From positions 29,773 through 93,772 of the forward strand of contig QPMI01000656.1 in the NCBI GenBank assembly GCA_004431415.1: 64,000 bases of DNA, given 5' to 3'. Positions 36,619 through 48,760 of this stretch are shown one piece after another. The first letter of the stretch is position 1. Each line of letters opens with the position of its first letter. The notes beneath the pieces were generated by a model. The model saw only the letters and a program-made list of their open reading frames with translations, ran no database searches and was not told the DNA's origin. Source of the stretch: Cyanophora paradoxa CCMP329 (lineage: Eukaryota; Plantae; Glaucophyta). A program made the position numbers and the translations under genes.

Positions 36619-37996
36619 ATGGACGACCAGCCAGCGAAGCGCGCGAGGCGCGAGGCGAAGGCGGAGGCGGGGACGGAGGCATCGGCGCCGCGGCCGCAGC
36701 CCGGCGCGCCGAGCGGCGCCGTCGGCCGCGGGCCGGCATCGCTGCCCGACCACGTGCGGTGCTCCGCGGACGTCGACCCCTCGCACCCGTCACTGCGGTT
36801 CGAGGCGCGCCTTTAATCCACGCGCGCGCCGCCCCTCGCGCTGCGCCGCGCCGCTCACGCCGGCGGCAGTACGTGGACGAGCAAGTCCCCGCGGACGGCT
36901 GCGGAGCGGCCGCGGGGCGCGGGGAGGATGAGCCGGAGGGCGATGCGGGCTGGAGGCGGCGCTGGAGGGCTGCGGCTGCGCGGGGCCGTGCGAGGCGGCG
37001 GCCTGCGCGTGCGCGGCGGCGCAGGGAACGGGGCCCTGGGCTTCGCGTACGACGGGCGCCGGCGCCTCGCGCTCCCGTGCACGGGCGTCGCCGTCGAGGA
37101 GTGCGGCCCGCGCTGCCGCTGCCCGCCCGAGTGCCCCAACCGCGTCCTCCAGCGCCGCCCCCGCCGCCGCCTGGAGGTCCACGCCCCGCCCCGCCCACCC
37201 CGCCCGGCCCGCGAGCGCCGCGCCGACCGCGGGGCGCGCAGGTCTTCGACGCGGGGGCGAGGGGCCTCGGGCTGCGGACCCTCGAGCCCCTCGCCCGCGG
37301 CGACTTCGTGCTCGAGTACGCCGGCGAGGTGCAGAGCCCGTACCCCCCGCCCGCCCGGGGGGCCGGTCCGAACGGGGCGGGGCGGCCGGGGCGCCCCAGG
37401 CCCTCGATCTCGAGGAGGCCGAGTTCCGCGCCCTGAGCGCCCCCGCCGGCCGCACGTACCAGGCCCGCCCCCGTACCCCCCCGCGTTCGCGTACCCCCTC
37501 AGAAGCTCTGAAGCGTCTCAGATGACAGTGGTGCCGTACGACGACCCCTCCGCGGCTTTCGTGATCGACGCGGGGGCCCGCGGCGGCGCCGCCCGCCTCG
37601 TGAACCACTCCTGCGAGCCCTCCCTCCGCACCGCCCAGGCGCCCGCCCGCCCGCCCGCCCGCCCGCTGCTCCCGCCTAAATCGGCCCGCTGAGGCGCCCG
37701 GCGCGGGGCGCGCGCAGGTGCACGTGGGGGGTACGGCGCGGCCGCGGGTGGGCCTGTACGCCCTCCGGGACCTCGCCCGCGGGGAGGAGCTCACGTTCGA
37801 CTACGACTACGACCCCGAGGTGCGGTACCCCCGACCGCGCGCCTCGAGAGCGGGCGCGGCGCCAGCTCCGCTGATCATGAGCTGTGGCCCCCGGCAGCGG
37901 AACAGCGCGCGGGTGGAGGAGGCGGCGGGCGGCGGCGGCCCGCCGGCGGCGCCGTGCCTCTGCGGCGCCGCCCGCTGCCGCCGGCGCGTCCCCTGA
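36619..37996 (+). CDS. pre-SET/SET/post-SET lysine methyltransferase (SUV39/SETMAR-SET-like)
   Basis: Motifs: GCGC...C...CAC, ECGPRCRCPPECPNRVLQ, RGLGLRT...GDFVLEYAGE, IDA...GGAARLVNHSCEP, GEELTFDY, CLCGAARCR. Exon 2 has two apparent 1-nt deletions. Confidence 0.9.
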
Positions 37997-39257
37997 GGGC
38001 CGTGGCTGAACGCCCTTCGAAAGGGCCCTCCCTCCGCCCGCTCCCGCCCCTCGGGCGGCGATGCGCCCGTGAGTGCCGTGGGGCGGCGATGCGCGCCTCT
38101 TCCGTTACGGCCCCCCGCAGCTGCGCGTGCGGTGCGCGTGAACCCGCCCTCGAGCCCGCACCTCCCGCCGCCGAGGGGCGCCTCCCGTGGGCCCCGGTCC
38201 AATCCGTCGCCATCATACCCCCCCCTCCCCCCCCTCTTCGACCCCACCCCACCACCCTCCTTGAACCTCGCAGCCGCCCACCGCACCCCCACCCCCAACC
38301 CTCACCTCCTAACCCCTACCGCTATCATGCCCCGCGCCCGACAGCGGCCCCTGCGCGCTCGAGCGCGCGCTGGCGCCGCTGGGCGCGCTGGAGCCGGCGG
38401 AGGACGGCCGGCCGCGGGGACCCGGGCGCGGGGCGGGTCTGGGGCTCTGGCATTATGGGACCTCGGCGAGGGGCCGGCCCGCGCCCCCCGCGCCGCCCGC
38501 CGCCTCCGCGCCCTCCGGATCCTCCCCCGCTAGCGCTGGGACTTCCTCTTGCTCTGATCATGAGGCCCTGGGGAATTCGCCGCTCGTCGGCTCCAAGCCG
38601 GCGGCACATATATGCTATAAATGCATTGTACATGTATGCGTAAATTAAACTTGATCACGATCATACCTCGCTGCATGACAACTGCAATCAGCGGTCCAAA
38701 ATCGGAAATTGACACTCACGTCTCCATGCATAAATATAAGCACAAGCAACAGCAAAGAATAAAAAAGGAATACATCATATGCATGCATCATGGCATATGA
38801 ACGATATAACTAAGTTGTTCTTTGAAGCTTGTACACACAGTTATCAGCCATGACTCCAAAATCGGGTGCACTAATCGATTTCGAGATCGATGGAGAAATT
38901 AAACTGGACTGTAATACGGTAATACGTACAGCTGCTGCGCGCGGGACGTCGACGTCAACGCCATGGCCAGGCCGCGAGGCACCGCAGGCGCCATTAACAT
39001 TACTAGGAACTAGGAGTGCGACTGAATATAGACATGTCGCGGCGAAGTTCGAGATTGAAAAATGCATGCCGAAAAATTCGCGCCGTACACATTTAATCGC
39101 TATTCTCTAGGTCTAGATCTATCTACAGCTGCAGCTATAGCTATATACATCTACACATCGAACTGCCAAAAAGGCGCGAATTTCTTTCAAATGCGTTGCA
39201 AAGATCGAAAAGGTTCAAGCGAAGAGCAATGTTGACGAGGGCCAGGAAACGCCTTCT

Positions 39258-42200
39258 TCAGAGGGCGTGGGCGGCGGGGACGGACCAGGATGGCACGGGA
39301 CGGCGGGCGCCGCGGGAGGCGGGGGGATCGGCGGCGGCGGCGGCGGCGGCGGCGGCGGGGACGGCGAAGAGGGCGCCGTCGTCGGCGCCCGGGCGCTGGT
39401 CGGCGTCCGACGAGGAGACGGAGCCGCGGCGGTCGACCCAGGCCTTCGGCGCCGTCACCGCCTTGCCGCTCGCCTCGGGGGCCGCCTGCAGCTGGGGCGG
39501 GGAGAGGCCCAGGGCGGGGCCGGGCGAGCGCGGGTCGAAGGTGACGCCGGCGCGGCACGCCTCGCGGAGCCCCGCCAGACGCCTCATGCGCCCGTGCTCC
39601 GCCGGGAAGTAGGCCTGCCCACGTTTGAGAGACGAAAGGCGGGCGGGGCGAGGGCCGGGCGGGGCGCACGGGGTAGACGGAGTAGTGGGCGGCGGCCTTC
39701 TCGAGCCAGGGGAGGGCCTTCTCGAACTTGCCCAGGAAGTAGTAGGTCTGGCCCAGCTGGCGGCGGAAGAAGGCGGTGAGGGCGGGGCGCGAGATGCGAG
39801 GGTTCAATTGTGCACGGGGGCGCACGCGGTAGAAGGAGTGGGCGTCGAAGCAGACGGCCAGGCGGGGCTTCGGGCTGATGTCGGTGCGGTGCAGCACGCG
39901 CAGGCACCACTTGATCACCCCCGCCAGGTCCTCCCTTCGAATGCACGGTCAGCCGCGACGTCGACGTTCGCGATCGCACGGACGCAAACGACGTCTGGCG
40001 TGCACGCACAGGGTCCAGGGGCGAATCTTCTGGGCTCCGGGCTGCTTCAGCGCATTGTGGATGGCCCTCTGCGCGCGCGTCGGCGGGAGCCGGGGGCGGC
40101 GCAGGAGGAAGAGCCTCGAGATTTCACGGGAGGGCGGACCGTGGTGCGCATCGAGTCGCCCCAGATGTCGTTGTCCTGGTGCGAGTACCCGTGCGTCGTG
40201 TGGATCACCTCCGCAGCCAGTCGCGACGCCTGCCGCGCCCCGCGGGGCCCCCGTGAGCGGCGGCCAGCCGCAGGCGCCGAGTCGGACGCGACAAATGTTA
40301 AACAGCGAATTTCGCGCGCACCTTCAGGGCCCCGCGAAAATCGCCGATGTGGAAGTAGGATTGGGAGTTGAGCCAGTGGCAGTTGTGGAGGAGGGCCCGC
40401 GCCCCCTCCCCCATTGCGCTGATCAGCTCCGCCCCGCGCGCAAAGTGCCGAGTCGCCAGCCGCGCCCGGCCCCGCAGGCTCGCCTCCAGCCCTGCACATG
40501 GGCCGGCGTCAGGCTTAGGGCCTCTCGAGCCGAATTTCGGGGCGCGAACTCGAAAATCGGGCGGACCCATGTTGGTGATGGCGACGGCCTCGCCCCAGGC
40601 GTCATCCGGGCTGTCGCCGCAGAACCAGTACATCTTGGAGGCGAAGTGGCCGCAGAGCTCCCACTTGAGGGGCACGAGGGTGAGCACGTAGGTGAGGTCG
40701 GCGAGGATCGTCGCCTCCTCGCCCGAGGGCGAGAGCCCCGCCCGGATCAGCGTGCTCCACGCCTCAAAGTCTGCGCATGCCCGGCGCGCGAGAGCCTCCC
40801 GTCAGCTCCCACCGTCCGACCCCGGCGCGCGCGCGGGGATCAGAGGGGCGGGCGCACAGAGCTCGGCCGCGGCCTCCGCCCCCGCCTCGCTGGGGTCCGG
40901 CCAGGCGTGATACTGCGCGGCTCGAGTTCAGCTCGAGCGGGGCCAGGCGTCGACGTCGGCACGGGCGCCGTTGCCGGTGCCGGGGCGGCGCACGGAGAAT
41001 GCGATGCGTGCGCGCCAGATGGTTGCGTGGACGTACAGCCGCGCGTCCTCCGCCAGGTGCGGCTGCGCGGCGGCACGCGTACGGTGCCACGGCGCCGGTA
41101 AGATTATGTTGCAACGTTAACGCCGGCGCGGCGCGAGGCGGGGGCGCGCGGCGTGCCTCGAGCAACGCGTGAACGTGGTCGAAGAGGGGAACCATGTAGT
41201 CGCAGTCGACGGGGCTCAGGTCGGGCGCCCGCAGGCACCGCCACTGCCGCCCGTACGCGCGTGCGTCAGCAGCGGATTCCGGGCCGGGAGCCGAGGCCTG
41301 GGGCGGGTGGCGGAGGGCAGCGCACGGGGCCGTTGCAGACTTCGAAGAGGTGCCACACGTGCACCGCGATGAGCGAAGCGTCGTCCCTGCGCCGCCGCGT
41401 TAGCCGGCACGGCCAGCGGCCGGCGGGCGGGCAGAGGGCCGAGACAGCCGAAGGCGCACTTTGCTGCGCAACTGGCGGACGTGGCTGCGAGGATGGCCTT
41501 GTGCCAGGCCGCCGTCACCGCGTTGACCTGGCGGCGGAGCGTCCGACGGTCGGCCTCGATCGAGAGGCACGCGGCGCGAATCGAGCTCGAGTCGATATAT
41601 ATCGCGGCCTTCAGAACCAGTGCGACTCCGGATCCGGGATCCGGTGCGCATGCGCACCAGCGCGGCGGAGCCGATGAGGCGCAAGTCCTCCAGGGCTGCC
41701 CGTGCCCGGAAGCGGCCTGCGCGCACTCGTCAGAGGCGCAACAATTGCGAGCCCCGGGGGCCGCGAAAGGCCTAGGGCAGCCCGCACCGTCCAGGGTGGA
41801 GAAGAGGGGAGTGTCGAAGAGTTCGGCGGAGCTTAGGGCCTGCGAAAATGTGTGTGGATCGGACGCGTCAGAGGACCGGTATATATACGTAGCTAGGCGT
41901 TTGCTAGAGCGTGCGGCGCACGGCGGCCAGGTCCTCGCAGGCGCGGAGGACGTGCGTCGAGGGCCGGTCGCTGGCGGTAACGGGGTGCTTCACGCCGGCC
42001 GCCTGTGCGCAGGAGCGCACGGCGGCGAGCGCCGCGCGGAAGAAAATCGTCGCCTCCTCCCGCGCCGCGTCGCTCCCGTGCCGGTACGGCGGCGCCAGGC
42101 TGTTCCGAGCGAACGAGCGGATTTGCGGTCGAATGTCGGGCGTCCTCGCAGCGGCGGCCGTCGCGGCGCTGCGCGCGCTGCGCGCGGTTGGCTCAATTTT

Positions 42201-42320
42201 CGCACCGCGCGCCGCGCGCGAAAGGGCTGGGCGGGAGCGGGGCGCACGAGGGCGGCTCGGGGATGACTTGGAAGAGGTCCGAGTCGTCGGCGTCGGGGTC
42301 CATGTCCTCCAGCCCCGGCC

Positions 42321-42353
<33 letters not shown>

Positions 42354-44207
42354 CCGTCGCCTCCTCCCGCTCGAACCCCTTCAGGCCCTGCGCACACGAT
42401 CCGATTATCGGGAGCACTATGATCAGCGCCGGCGACACGCCGCGTGCAGCGGCGGGGTGTCGAGTGGGCGCGCCTGGAACATGGTGGAGAGCTGGTCGAT
42501 GTCGGTGTCCGGCACCGTCACGTCCACATCTGCCGGCGGCGGCGGCAACGGCGGCTCGCCCTCCGCCGCCTCGGTCTTCACGCCGCCCGCGGGGCCACGC
42601 GTACGTGAGCTCGATCGCAAGGTCCGGGGCGGCCGCCGCGGCGCGCGCGCGCGCGCCGGCGGCGCCGGCGGATCGTCGGACATATCGTGCTCGTGCTCGT
42701 CCGAGCCCGCGGTGAGCGCCTCGCGCTCAATCTTCGCGACACGCGCCTCGTCGTCCGAGTCCGAGTCGCCGCTGCCACCGCCGCCGCGCATGGGGCCCAT
42801 GTCCACAGGCTGCTCCGCCGCCCTCTTCGGCGCCTTCGCGCGCGGCGACGGCAGCGGCAGCGACGGCTCCTCCGACTGAGCGCGCCCTTGCGCCGATGAA
42901 GACGACGTCGACGCGCCCTTGCGCTGCGGTGCCCTGCGCGCGACCGGAAGCCGCGGCTCGGCGCCGATTGCGATGTCGGGCTGAGCGTGCGGGGCGCCGG
43001 CGGACCTCTTGGTCACGTGGACGGTGTAGAAGGCGATAAGCGCGCCATCCAACGCCTCCACGGTCAGCCTGCCGGCGGGGCGCGAATCACTTTCCAAAAA
43101 GGCTATCCAAGCGAGGGTGGCCCGGGCGCACCTGAAGAGAGTCGGGGGGCGCCGCGGCAGCTGGTAGCTCGCGATCTCAGGCCCTGCGGGGCGTGTCAGC
43201 GCTGTTGGTGGGCCCCATCGCAAGGGGGTGGCCAGCTGCTGAGGCCGGCGCACGGAATCCGAAGCCGTCGGAGGTGCAGCCGTCCCCTTGGAAGGAAAGG
43301 ACCACGGAATCGGAAGGCGGTCCGAATTTGTAGCCGTTCCTGAAGCGCAGCAGCGGTTCCGGCGCTGTCGCCGCCGACTCTGGCAACGGCCGCGGCGCGC
43401 GCGATCATGAGAAGGCGCGCGCGGGCCTCGGGCGCAAAGATCGGCGAGGGCGGCCCACCGGCGAAAGCGAGCCGCACTCGGACCGAGGCGCCCGCCCACG
43501 ACCCGCTGCCCGCCACCGCCTGCAGGCGATACTCCCTGGCCAGAGCGCACGTCGTCATTCGATCGATATCGGGAGAAATCTCTCAAGGGCGAATGCATAT
43601 GCACACGGCAATCTTTAAAGAAAATACATGCGGTTTAATGTTTCCAAGATTGAGGGGGGCGCGGATCCGGATCCGGACCTGGAAGCGATGAGTACAAGGT
43701 CCGCGCGGTCCGCGTACTCGCCGGTCCTCGGTGTAGCCTCCGCCGGCTCCGGCGGGCCGCCTTTCGCGTCCTGGGCCGTCGCTCGCGATCAGAGGCCGGA
43801 CATAGAAACAAACTGCCTGCCTTACATATATATATACTTTTAATTTTGCAACTGCAACGCACCCGGGCCTTCCTGCAGAGGAGGAGGGTGAAGGGCTGGG
43901 CGACTGGTTGCGGCTGGAGCTGGCCATGCATATGGCCGGCCAAGGGTAGAAGCTCGAGGCCGAGATCTAGAGGCGCTGCAGCCTGCAGCTGGGGAAACAG
44001 GGAGAGTTCGGGATCGACCAGGGCGCCGAGGGCCCGGAAGTCGACGTCGCCCCCGACGACCCCGAACGGATGCGGAACCGGCACCGAGTCAAGCAAGAAG
44101 CCGGGCGGCACAGCCGCTGCGCCTGACACCTCGAAATGCAAGCCGGGAAGAAGAGGGGCCTGCGAGGGCCACGGCCCGCAACCGCCAGGGGGCTGATCGA
44201 CGTACAT
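39258..44207 (-). CDS. large multi-exon protein with C-terminal TPR-like helices and an unassigned N-terminal domain
   Basis: Exons can be chained from MYVDQPPGG through an acidic linker to SQSYFHIGDFRGALK and LGQTYYFLGKFEKALPWLEKA (TPR-like). It could be two genes. Confidence 0.55.
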
Positions 44208-45084
44208 ACTGTCGCGATTATCTGTAGCCGGCTGCGGCGAGCTGTGCTACGACGGGCGCCCGACAGTCGACGACGCTGATTATTATTATATATAACGGCA
44301 CGGAGGCCGCTAGCGCTCTTGGGATGTAGATCCAAATTAAAGTTGCAATCGCCGCAGTGCACGATGATCGACCGAGCATATACGTATGCACATGCGTACT
44401 CCGCCGCACGGATATTTTCACGCGTATAGATCACGCGCCGCTGCAGCTCCTGATCGCGATTTACGATACAGTTGCGAAAGATGAGGCGATGAGGAAATCG
44501 CTAGCTATAGCGCTTGATGATCAATGCGTCAACGCTGATGTGAGAGCCCTGCTCAGCGGCTCTGGAGTCTGGATCTTCTAGTTACTATAGCAATAGACTC
44601 TGAGATCTGCACGCTGCCGACAGGCAACCTCGAGCGCTAGCTGAAGCTCGAAGTGACTCGCAGCTCCCTAGGCCTGACTCAGTAATGCGCGGCGGCAGCC
44701 GCGGGACGCCGGGACCCGGGAGCAGCCTCCGAGCAGGTTGCCAAGTTGAAGCTTCAGGGCTTTACGGTCTTTACCGCAGTATGTTCGTCAGACGCTTGCG
44801 CACGGCGCACTGCGGGCCTGCGGCAGCTGCGCATGCCATGCAGCCTGATCATGATGCATATGCACTGGCAGCACTGCAGCTGCGGCCTCTGCCAGTGTGC
44901 ACTGTGCACAGGTCGACGTTACAGGTGTCACACTGTGACAGTGTACATGTGCACTGTGCAGTCTGTGCTAGCGCTGCCAGGCTGCTTAGTCTGTGCAGTA
45001 TACGTACCGTAGACTTCCGAAGTTCCGTACTACGGTAGTATACGTACACTGTCACAGTGTAATACGGTACGCCGCCGCTACTAC

Positions 45085-45729
45085 CGTCGGGCACTAAATT
45101 ACTGCGGCGTTAATTAACGCGGTTTCAAAAATGGCACTAGCTCCTCTGAGCGAAATACCGCGGTACCAAATTAACGCGGGTTTAAGATTTTGAGGCTTGT
45201 ATGGGGCAGTAAGTTTAGGGGGTACTGTATGGGGCGACTTCTCAGCTGCAGCAGCAAATTACCGCGGCACCAAATTACCGCGTTTTAAGAAACGCGGTTT
45301 CAAAAATGGCACTAGCTCCTCTGAGCGAAATACCGCGGTACCAAATTAACGCGGTTTTAAGATTTTGAGGCTTGTATGGGGCAGTAAGTTTAGGGGGTAC
45401 TGTATGGGGCGACTTCTCAGCTGCAGCAGCAAATTACCGCGGCACCAAATTACCGCGTTTTAAGAAACGCGGTTTCAAAAATGGCACTAGCTCCTCTGAG
45501 CGAAATACCGCGGTACCAAATTAACGCGGTTTTAAGATTTTGAGGCTTGTATGGGGCAGTGAGTTTAGGGGGTACTGTATGGGGCGACTTCTCAGGAATC
45601 TAAGCTGCAGCAGCAAATTATTAAATTACCGCGGCACCAAATTACCGCGTTTTAACTTAGTAAGAAACTTTTGGCGCGTTAATTTGGTACCGCGTTAGTT
45701 AAGTGCCCGCGGTACTTAAGTGCCCTACG
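45085..45729. mobile_element. non-autonomous TIR element (MITE-like) with an internal tandem array
   Basis: Left end cgtcgggcactaaattactgcgg matches the reverse complement of the right end, cgtagggcacttaagtaccgcgg, at 19/23 positions. No ORF. Confidence 0.7.
45118..45654. repeat. 175-bp tandem repeat, 3 near-identical copies
   Basis: ggtttcaaaaatggcactagc occurs at 45121, 45296 and 45471. Confidence 0.97.
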
Positions 45730-46747
45730 CCGGGCCTACGGAGTCGTAGTACGGACCCTACGGTAGGCCGGGCTACGGCGCCCGGGGCCGCCGTCGGCGA
45801 GGCGGCGGCGGCGCGGCGCGGCCGGCGTCCGGGCGTCCGGGCCGCGTCGACGTCCCTAGTTAAAAGCTAGTTTATGTCGCTATAAACATTTAATTAGCCT
45901 ACCCCGGTAGTAGGCTTGTGTGGCCCACTATATCATGATATATCGATATATCATCATATATATCGTTCACATAATAATTGAATTTGGGGATGACATAAAT
46001 AAATGCGCGTTATACAGTTTATACTCGTAGTACGTACTAGTAACAGCGCGTTAAAAATTAAGAATTCATGGCCCAGAAATTAGTACTAACGGGCCAGTAG
46101 TATTATACTAGTATACTAGTAGTACCCGGCCTGCCGACGAGGCTGCCGTTAAGTAGTGGACTCTGAACTTTGTGAGTCTTAACTAGTACTGGACTGGCCC
46201 CTGGGCCCTGGCCAATTGTTCACCGAAAAACAAAACTTTGAATTTAGAAATAGGGGTTCCAAAAGTGCATATTGAAAGATTACTAACGTTATAATTATTG
46301 AGTAACAGTAAGCAGACTCTCGATGTTGTTTTACAAGCGTCACCTTGATGGTACCAATAGATGGTTTGAAGGTCCTACCACCCCGCAATTATCACGTCAA
46401 TATGACGTCATTCGTTGTTTTTCTGATTCGGCGAATCGAAAGAGACCGAAAACTCAAAAAAACTCACTCGAACTTGAAGGTGGCTCTCGGGGTTAACAGA
46501 CCGTCATTGAAAACTCACATTCGACGGCGACAACGCGGTTGAACCGTTAACTTGAACCGTTGAACGCCGCCCGCGCGCGTCGACGTCCGACGGTCGCGAA
46601 TCTCGCGATCGCGATCCGGGCCGGCCCGCGCGCGGCGCCGCGGGGCCGGCGCGGGCCGCCGGCCGCGGGCGGTCGCGGAGCGCAGCCTGGGCCGCTGGTA
46701 GCCCAGTACTAGTGGTAGGCACTGCTAGGCAGTGGTAGGCACAGTGG

Positions 46748-47522
46748 TAGGGTTGCCGCCGACTTGCCGGCCCGGAGTTCCCGGAGTCCGATCCGGGGCA
46801 CTGAAACTCCGCCGGGCCGTACGGACTCCGGGATCCGGATCCGGGTGCACGTGGGTGGGCGGAACTCCGTACGGAGCGGAGGCCCCCATACAAAAACCCG
46901 GGTTCGAACCCTGCGGCGCCAGTCGCCCAGAAGGCCAGATGCAGAGCGTCATGATCGATATCAGCAATCCGAGCGCTACAATTAGCGCCGAGCAGCAGGA
47001 GCGATCCGATCGAGTTGCCAGACGGTGAGAGGCTGCGAAACATGCACGGCCAGCTGCAGGGGGGTTACGTATACCTGTGCATGCGTACCGTAGTATATAT
47101 ATACGTATACGTAGTACTAGTACGAGAAGGAGGTCGAGGAGGAGGAGGATATCGATGACGAATAGGATGTAGCTTAGTCCTTTGGGGGCCCTAGCTAGGC
47201 CTCTTACGTGCAGGGGGGCGCCTAGGCCTCCTTTCAGTCATTTTGTTAGGGTTCTCCGGTACATGCGGAATTCGAACTCCGTGCGGAATTCGAACGCGTA
47301 CGTGCGGATGCGGAACTCCGCGAGCTCCACCCGGTCCGATGTCCGAAAGGCTTAGTCCCGTAGGCTCATCTCTCGACTTGACACAGATGGACACCTCAGT
47401 TATATCTCTAGCCATTTGTCTCGGTGTGTGCGAATTCATTTACGAACGTGCACGTGCGGAACTCCGGGTCAGTTCCGGTTCCGGGTGGTCTGCCCGGAAC
47501 TCCGTGCGGAGCGGCAACCCTA
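46748..47522. mobile_element. remnants of TAGGGTTGCC-ended (hAT-like) MITEs, probably two copies
   Basis: TAGGGTTGCCGC at 46748 and TAGGGTT at 47247; inverted end GCGGCAACCCTA at 47511-47522; recurring cggaactccg motif. No 8-bp TSD found. Confidence 0.55.
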
Positions 47523-47567
47523 GCCGCTTGGCGCCGAAAATGACGATGAGCACTACGTATACGTATA

Positions 47568-47793
47568 CTGTAGGATTGCTTTTTTAGCCGATGTTTTTAA
47601 TTGCCGTATATTGCCGAGAGGCCGAATTCGGCAATTTTAAGCCACGGCAATTCTCAGGGGGTAGGGCTCAATGGCCGCTTTTTGTATGGCGCCATAGAAG
47701 AAATCCAGAGTTTCGGCAATTTAGCGCCACGGCAATTCCGGTTTTGGTCGAATTCGGCAATTTAACTACGCGGCAATTTAAGCATTCCTACAG
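47568..47793. mobile_element. 226-bp MITE flanked by TA (Tc1/mariner-type)
   Basis: TA|CTGTAGGATTGCTT...AAGCATTCCTACAG|TA; the internal CGGCAATT motif recurs in both orientations. Confidence 0.85.
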
Positions 47794-47985
47794 TACCGTA
47801 CGTAGACTCCGTAGTACACGAAGTGAATTGAACACTGAATTCTCGAGCAGCAGCTGCAGCCCTTAATTTTATACTAAGTAATGTGCTGCCGCAGCCGCCA
47901 GTGCAGCTGCCACAGCCTGCCAGTGATCATGAGATCGTCGACGTCGACGTTGTCGCCCGTTTAATTTGCACGACCAAAAAAAGGC

Positions 47986-48730
47986 CGGGGGTACGGGGGC
48001 GGCCGGTGGCGTACCCCTTTCTGAGGCTTAAGGGGTACGCCCCTATCCCTGCCGCCCCAAATGGCGCGCCTGTCGCCTGCGCTTCGCCTGCAAGCAGGTC
48101 AACCGAGCTGAGTTGGGCGGGGGTACGGGGGCGGCCGGCGGCGTACCCCTTGCTGAGGCGTAGGCGGGAACTCCCTGTCCCCGCCCCGCCGAACAGCGCG
48201 CCCGTCGCCTGCGCCTTGCCTGCGAGCAGGGCAACCGGCCTGAGCTTGGACGGGGGTACGGGGGCGGCCGGTGGCGTACCCCTTTCTGAGGCTTACGCGG
48301 GTACGCCACTAGTGCTCTCCCCGCCCCGCTGAATGGTGAATTCGAACCTGTTGCCTGCACCTCGCCTGCGAGCAGGTCAACCGGCCTGAGCTTGGGCGGG
48401 GGTGCAGGGGCGGCCGGTGGCATACCCCTTGCTGAGGCATAGGCGGGTACGCCCCTCTCCCCGCCCCGCGGAATTGTGCGCCCGTCGCCTGCGCCTTGCC
48501 TGCGAGCAGGGCAACCGCGCTGAGCTTGGGCGGGGGTGCAGGGGCGGCCGGTGGCGTACCTCTTTCTGAGGCTTACGCGGGTACGCCCCTATCCCCGCCG
48601 CCCCAAATGGCGCGCCTGTCGCCTGCGCTTCGCCTGCAAGCAGGGCAACCGAGCTGAGCTTGGGCGGGGATGCGGGGGCGGCCGGTGGCGTACCCCTTGC
48701 TGAGGCGTAGGCGGGAACGCCGCTCTCCCC
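47986..48730. repeat. ~134-bp tandem repeat, ~5.5 units with alternating A/B subtypes
   Basis: Units start at 47986, 48118, 48251, 48397, 48531 and 48665. The last is cut at 48730 by the LINE poly(A). Confidence 0.95.
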
Positions 48731-48760
48731 TTTTTTTTTTTGAGTTTTCCGTAGTTTATT
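48731..48760 (-). terminator. LINE 3' end: AATAAA plus A11 tail
   Basis: Plus strand has T11 at 48731-48741 and tttatt at 48755-48760, 13 nt apart. Confidence 0.85.

Noticed and set aside
38285-38320. Telomere-like ccctaa/aaccct sequence
   Set aside because: It is too degenerate and lies within a generally C-rich tract.
45118-45654. Possible CRISPR array (also considered for 47986-48730)
   Set aside because: Whole units repeat with no unique spacers, there are no cas genes, and the context is eukaryotic.
46899-46911. GGGTTCGAACCC resembling a tRNA T-arm or B box
   Set aside because: There is no A box, acceptor stem or cloverleaf. It is a simple palindrome beside a MITE remnant.
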